From assembly GCA_963735035.1 (NCBI GenBank), contig CAVTJJ010000006.1, positions 416,001-480,000 of the forward strand: DNA of 64,000 nucleotides. The letters are read 5' to 3'. The stretch's first letter is position 1. Each line of letters starts with the position of its first letter. The notes beneath the pieces are model-generated. The model saw only the letters and a list, made by a program, of their open reading frames with translations. It was not told where the DNA came from and did no database searches. The position numbers and the translations under genes are program-made. Positions 59,982 through 64,000 of this stretch are shown here, in pieces. The DNA comes from an uncultured candidate division Zixibacteria bacterium. GTDB taxonomy: Bacteria > Zixibacteria > MSB-5A5 > GN15 > FEB-12.

Positions 59982-60986
59982 CTATCGGGGCCCGGCTGGA
60001 CCAAGCATCTGAGCGAATTGCTCAAGGAGACCGCGATCGAAGGCATTCTCGTCATCAAACATATTCTTGAGGACCGGAAAGGCTTCCAGTGCGGGTCGAT
60101 AGACTCGTCGGGTCGTCATAGCGTCGAACACGTCCGCGATAGCCGCAATCTTGCCGTACAAGTGAATCTCGTGTCCGCCGCGGCCTCGGGGATATCCAGA
60201 GCCGTTCTCGCGCTCATGATGTTCGATAATCGGATGGTACGATTCACGGTCGATCAGGTCGATGTCTTTCAGAATATCGCAACCCCACTGCGGATGCTTT
60301 CGTATAAGATCCATCTCAGGCGCGGTTAGGGGAGTGGTCTTGGACAGTATCGAATCATCGATCTTGGTCTTGCCGATGTCGTGCAGTAGGGCTCCTGTGC
60401 CGAGAGTCTTCAGGACCTTCGGATCTTTGAGCCCGGTATGCTGGGCCAGAGCGAGGGAAAGAGCGCACACGTTCACGGAATGGGTATAGGTCGAGTAATC
60501 GAACGACATCACCTGAAGCAGGCTGTCGAAAGCCGCTTTGCCGGTGAGTACGAATCCGACGGTTGATTCCACCAACTCCTGACTGCGCCTGATATTGTCA
60601 CCCATGACCGGACGGGAAAACAGCTCCGCCATCAGGTACTTGGCGCTGTCATAGACGATACCGGCCCGCACCGATTCCCTGAGACTGCTGTCATGTACGA
60701 TCGCCTTTAGATTCTGCTCGAGATAGAGTTGATAAGCGTTGCGATCACGAGTGGTGACATAGAGGCGTGTGACGTTATTATCTATCAGCGCCTGGCGATT
60801 CTCTTCGGTGAATGATGTGCCCGAGGCACGATATAACACCATGGTATTTCCCTGATTTATGTAGAGATCAAAATCGGGGATAGTATCAGAACGCAACGAG
60901 TCGAGATAAATCGGCAAGTAGCCCGCGGAGATCTTGGCCAAAGTTGAAGCGGAATCCATGTTGGTCATTACATCCATTTTCGACAC
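59982..60986 (-). CDS. HD-GYP domain phosphodiesterase
   Basis: YTHSVNV, LLHDIGK, HHERENGSGYP, IADVFDAMTTRRVYR. Confidence 0.92.
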   Translation of the reverse strand: MSKMDVMTNMDSASTLAKISAGYLPIYLDSLRSDTIPDFDLYINQGNTMVLYRASGTSFTEENRQALIDNNVTRLYVTTRDRNAYQLYLEQNLKAIVHDSSLRESVRAGIVYDSAKYLMAELFSRPVMGDNIRRSQELVESTVGFVLTGKAAFDSLLQVMSFDYSTYTHSVNVCALSLALAQHTGLKDPKVLKTLGTGALLHDIGKTKIDDSILSKTTPLTAPEMDLIRKHPQWGCDILKDIDLIDRESYHPIIEHHERENGSGYPRGRGGHEIHLYGKIAAIADVFDAMTTRRVYRPALEAFPVLKNMFDDENAFDRGLLEQFAQMLGPAGPR

Positions 60987-61075
60987 TTATAGTCCTCCCC
61001 TTGAGCGTGCCTACAGCAACCCTCTTGCGCGGTTGTGGTAGAAATGCGACAGTATGTCCGAACAGATGGAAGTGT

Positions 61076-61765
61076 CTATGGACGTCCGATGAGGCTGTTG
61101 AACTGGTCGGCGGTCAGCTCTTGCTCTCGCCGGGAGCTGATATTCAGTCTGAAGAAGCGCTTTATCTGACCGGCGTCCGCTCCCAGTTCGGTGCGGTAGT
61201 AGATCCATTCCTGGCCCGGTCGCAAGCTGATTTCGCCGTAATAGACATTGTTGGGGGTCGATACCCTCTCGCAAACGCCGGAGAATCGACGCTCAAGAAA
61301 CAGGGTTGAATTGGGAGTAACAGCGATCTTCACACGAACCGACAGCGTTCCCTGCGAAGCCAGATTCGAATAAATGCCACTGAATGAACCGGACGTCAAC
61401 CCCAGGGACACTCCGTCTTGATCCAGTGCGAGAAGATCGGCATGGAGGCGCCGAAGCCGTTTCAGTGAGAGAGGCGGTGCAAAACTCAGGGTGATAGTGT
61501 CGAAGTCACACACCCTGATCGAGCCTACCTGCTGGCAGTTGGTGCGTTGGTAATTGGCGCAGTCTACCAATCCGTAACGATTCAATACTTCACATATCTT
61601 GAGCCACTGATTTTGCTCAGCGTCGCCTTCATGAGCGACCGCCTTGATGCTGAGAGTTATCTTTTCGAAACTGGGATCGTTCCCGCCCGGTCGAATGGCA
61701 GCGCACCCGGAGAGAGCGAGTAAGGCGACTATAAGAATTGATGCGGTTCGGACGTTGTAAATCAT
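61076..61765 (-). CDS. Hypothetical lipoprotein
   Basis: Lipobox LSGC; several Cys in the mature part. Confidence 0.7.
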   Translation of the reverse strand: MIYNVRTASILIVALLALSGCAAIRPGGNDPSFEKITLSIKAVAHEGDAEQNQWLKICEVLNRYGLVDCANYQRTNCQQVGSIRVCDFDTITLSFAPPLSLKRLRRLHADLLALDQDGVSLGLTSGSFSGIYSNLASQGTLSVRVKIAVTPNSTLFLERRFSGVCERVSTPNNVYYGEISLRPGQEWIYYRTELGADAGQIKRFFRLNISSRREQELTADQFNSLIGRP

Positions 61766-61938
61766 GTTACGGTCAATGGCTACAGCTTCACGTAATCCAT
61801 ATGTGGATTATAGACACTGACTCAACACAATCAACAAAATTAGCGGGGCAGGAAGTATTCAGCCGAGATATCGCCAAATAGGATCAAAGCGGAAGTTTGG
61901 TCAGACCTGAAGAGGTTGTTTCGCAAGTTCGAAAGGTT

Positions 61939-62065
61939 GTGTCAGGTCCTGTCCCAGGCCCGCCGAAGGCGGGGCGGGGATGTGACCTGACACTGCAACT
62001 CATTCGCATTGAGGGGTGTCAGTTCACACGCCCCCGATTAAGATCGGGGGCGCAGGAACTGACAC
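61939..62065. repeat. Two nested palindromic elements
   Basis: GTGTCAGGTC...CCCGCCgaaGGCGGG...GACCTGACAC and GTGTCAGTTC...CCCCCGATtaagATCGGGGG...GAACTGACAC. Confidence 0.75.
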
Positions 62066-62119
62066 AACGTCATTCGGCCTAATGGGAAAACCTCCGACAG
62101 TCCGCCCGAAATATCTATT

Positions 62120-64000
62120 CTACCACCAGCTTATCAGCTTGGGTTTGCAGGTATGGAGCAGATTGTCGTTACGCGGGACCACACGAGCGGTGATGCCGAA
62201 CCGTCCGGATTCCTGACAGATCACCTCGCCCCGATAGCCATACACACCGCGATCACTTTGTGGCGAGCCGTTGAGCTGGGCAATCGACGGCGAAAATTCG
62301 AGGAACTGCTCCTGGGAGTTGAGCTGACCGGAGACGATCTGCACGGTGACGTCGTCCGGAGTGATTTCGCCCAGGTCCACTTTGATCGTAACCAGGACTT
62401 TCTCGCCAACCTGCACGGTGCCGGTCGATTCGGGGAACTCGATATCGCGTATAGTGATGCGCTCCCAGCTTCGAGTCACCCTTTCTACCCAGGTTGTTAC
62501 TTCCTTAGTTAGAGCGTAACTGTCGTTACGGAGCCGACGGGCAGCTTCCAGGGCCGGGATGTAGAACTGATTGGTGTAGTCCATCAGCATCCGCTGGGCC
62601 GAGAATTTTTCACCCGTCTTGTGGATCGCGGATTTCATTCGCGACAACCACTCTTCCGGAATGTCGATATCGCTCCGGTCGTAGAACATCGGGATTATTT
62701 CCCGCTCCAGAACGTTGTAGAGCGCCTCGGCTTCGAGTTGATCCTGCACCTTGACGTTGTCGTATTCTTCGCCGTTGCCGATCTTGAAACCGCTTTCGTC
62801 GTCATAACCTTCAGCCCACCAGCCGTCCAGAATCGAGGCGTTGAGCACGCCGTTGAGGGCAGCCTTCATGCCTGAAGTCCCCGAGGCTTCCTGGGGCCGG
62901 CGCGGGTTATTAAGCCAGACGTCAGCGCCCTGAACGAGATACCGGGCGACGTTTATATCATAGTCTTCGAGAAATACGATGCGATTCCGGAAACGGGGCT
63001 CGCCGGCAAAGCTGGTGATATGCTTGATGATCTCCTTGCCGGGAGTGTCCAGTGGGTGGGCCTTACCGGAGATGATAAACTGAACCGGGCGATCATCGTC
63101 CTGAACGATCTTGGCCAGCCGATCCGGGTCGAAGAAGAGCAAGTCGCCGCGTTTGTAAGTGGAGAAGCGGCGCGCAAATCCGATCGTTAGTGCCTGAGGA
63201 TCCAGGAACTGATCGGCCTTTTGAGTTTCGGCCAGAGTAGCACCGCGTCTCTGAAGCTGCGTCTTGATCCGCTTGCGGGCGAAATAAACGAGACGTTCAC
63301 GACGGCGGTTGTGAACGCGCCAGAGCTCGACATCCGGCATGCTGTTAGCTTTCTGCCAGACTTCGGGAGCGCCCGGCTGTTCGATAAAGCGGGGGCCGAA
63401 ATACGATTCGTAGAGCTCTTTCATGTCGTGCGAAATCCAGGATGCCGGGTGGACGCCGTTAGTAATCGCCCGGATAGGCGCTTCCTGGCTGGGCAGGTTT
63501 GGCCAGATGTTGTGCCACATTTCTCTCGAGACCCGCGCGTGGAGTTCCGATACGCCGTTGCAGAAGGCCGAGGACTTGAGCGCCGCGACAGTCATGCCGA
63601 AATGCTCGGCGTCGTCTGACGGATTCACCCGCCCGACACTCAAGAACTGATTCCAATCCATGCCCAGGTTGGCCACCATGTCACCCAGATAACGGCGGAT
63701 AAGTACGGGGTCGAACTTCTCGTTGCCGGCCGGCACCGGGGTATGGGTGGTGAATACCGTCGTTGACCAGACAAACTGCAGCGCTTCCGACAGACTCAGG
63801 CCCTTGTCATGAATTAGATGTCTCAAACGCTCGAGCGTGAGGAACCAGGAGTGGCCCTCGTTGCAGTGTACGACGCTGTCACTGATCCCCAGCGCTCTGA
63901 GGGCGATAACGCCGCCCACGCCCAGGACGATTTCCTGGCGGATGCGCATATCTTTGTCGCCGCCGTACAAGACCGAAGTTATCTCACGGGCCTTTGAAGA
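62120..64000 (-). CDS. glgP: Alpha-glucan (glycogen) phosphorylase, 5' part outside the window
   Basis: QEIVLGVGG, HCNEGH, FTTHTP, ITNGVH, GFARRFSTYKR, EASGTSGMKA. Confidence 0.96.
   Translation of the reverse strand, partial: SSKAREITSVLYGGDKDMRIRQEIVLGVGGVIALRALGISDSVVHCNEGHSWFLTLERLRHLIHDKGLSLSEALQFVWSTTVFTTHTPVPAGNEKFDPVLIRRYLGDMVANLGMDWNQFLSVGRVNPSDDAEHFGMTVAALKSSAFCNGVSELHARVSREMWHNIWPNLPSQEAPIRAITNGVHPASWISHDMKELYESYFGPRFIEQPGAPEVWQKANSMPDVELWRVHNRRRERLVYFARKRIKTQLQRRGATLAETQKADQFLDPQALTIGFARRFSTYKRGDLLFFDPDRLAKIVQDDDRPVQFIISGKAHPLDTPGKEIIKHITSFAGEPRFRNRIVFLEDYDINVARYLVQGADVWLNNPRRPQEASGTSGMKAALNGVLNASILDGWWAEGYDDESGFKIGNGEEYDNVKVQDQLEAEALYNVLEREIIPMFYDRSDIDIPEEWLSRMKSAIHKTGEKFSAQRMLMDYTNQFYIPALEAARRLRNDSYALTKEVTTWVERVTRSWERITIRDIEFPESTGTVQVGEKVLVTIKVDLGEITPDDVTVQIVSGQLNSQEQFLEFSPSIAQLNGSPQSDRGVYGYRGEVICQESGRFGITARVVPRNDNLLHTCKPKLISWW

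Noticed and set aside
60987..61075. c-di-GMP riboswitch upstream of the HD-GYP gene
   Set aside because: No recognisable GEMM consensus.
148..63656. Numerous antisense and alternative-frame ORFs in the track (e.g. 9976-10692, 25564-26346, 47031-47939)
   Set aside because: Shadows of well-supported genes in GC-rich DNA, without motifs.

Overview
A bacterial chromosomal window of fairly high GC. The cohesin-like + FlgD-Ig/'NYPNPFNP' C-terminal protein and the gene content resemble candidate phylum Zixibacteria or FCB-related lineages (inference only). Contents in order: a ThiI/MnmA-like PP-loop gene; mlaEFD; a DUF6624-type lipoprotein; a small Zn-ribbon / degenerate archaemetzincin / MrfA-type DUF1998 helicase unit; deoC; an ECF sigma/anti-sigma pair; tRNA-Ala; a four-repeat secreted protein; a C5-MTase-Vsr-HNH restriction-modification cassette; ruvCAB, queA, ispDF, dedA, ddl, HAD, M42 peptidase and cysS; two divergent paralogous membrane proteins; and tRNA-Thr(TGT). 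Next is a ~28 kb surface-polysaccharide region (rml, pseBCGHI+F, Wzx/Wzy/Wzz, amidotransferase-HisH-HisF, O-antigen ligase) that ends at tRNA-Tyr(GTA), followed by MATE, HD-GYP, a lipoprotein and the 3' part of glgP. About ten single-base frameshifts, including in ruvA and ddl, are most likely sequence errors. The most unusual signals are: (1) modular, nested REP-like palindromes, one inserted in-frame in queA; (2) a catalytically degenerate archaemetzincin in an apparently leaderless operon with a DNA-repair helicase; (3) a circularly permuted DNRLRE/CBM96-like domain; (4) the normally adjacent tRNA-Thr/tRNA-Tyr pair bracketing the glycan locus. No database searches were run; family calls come from motif recognition.
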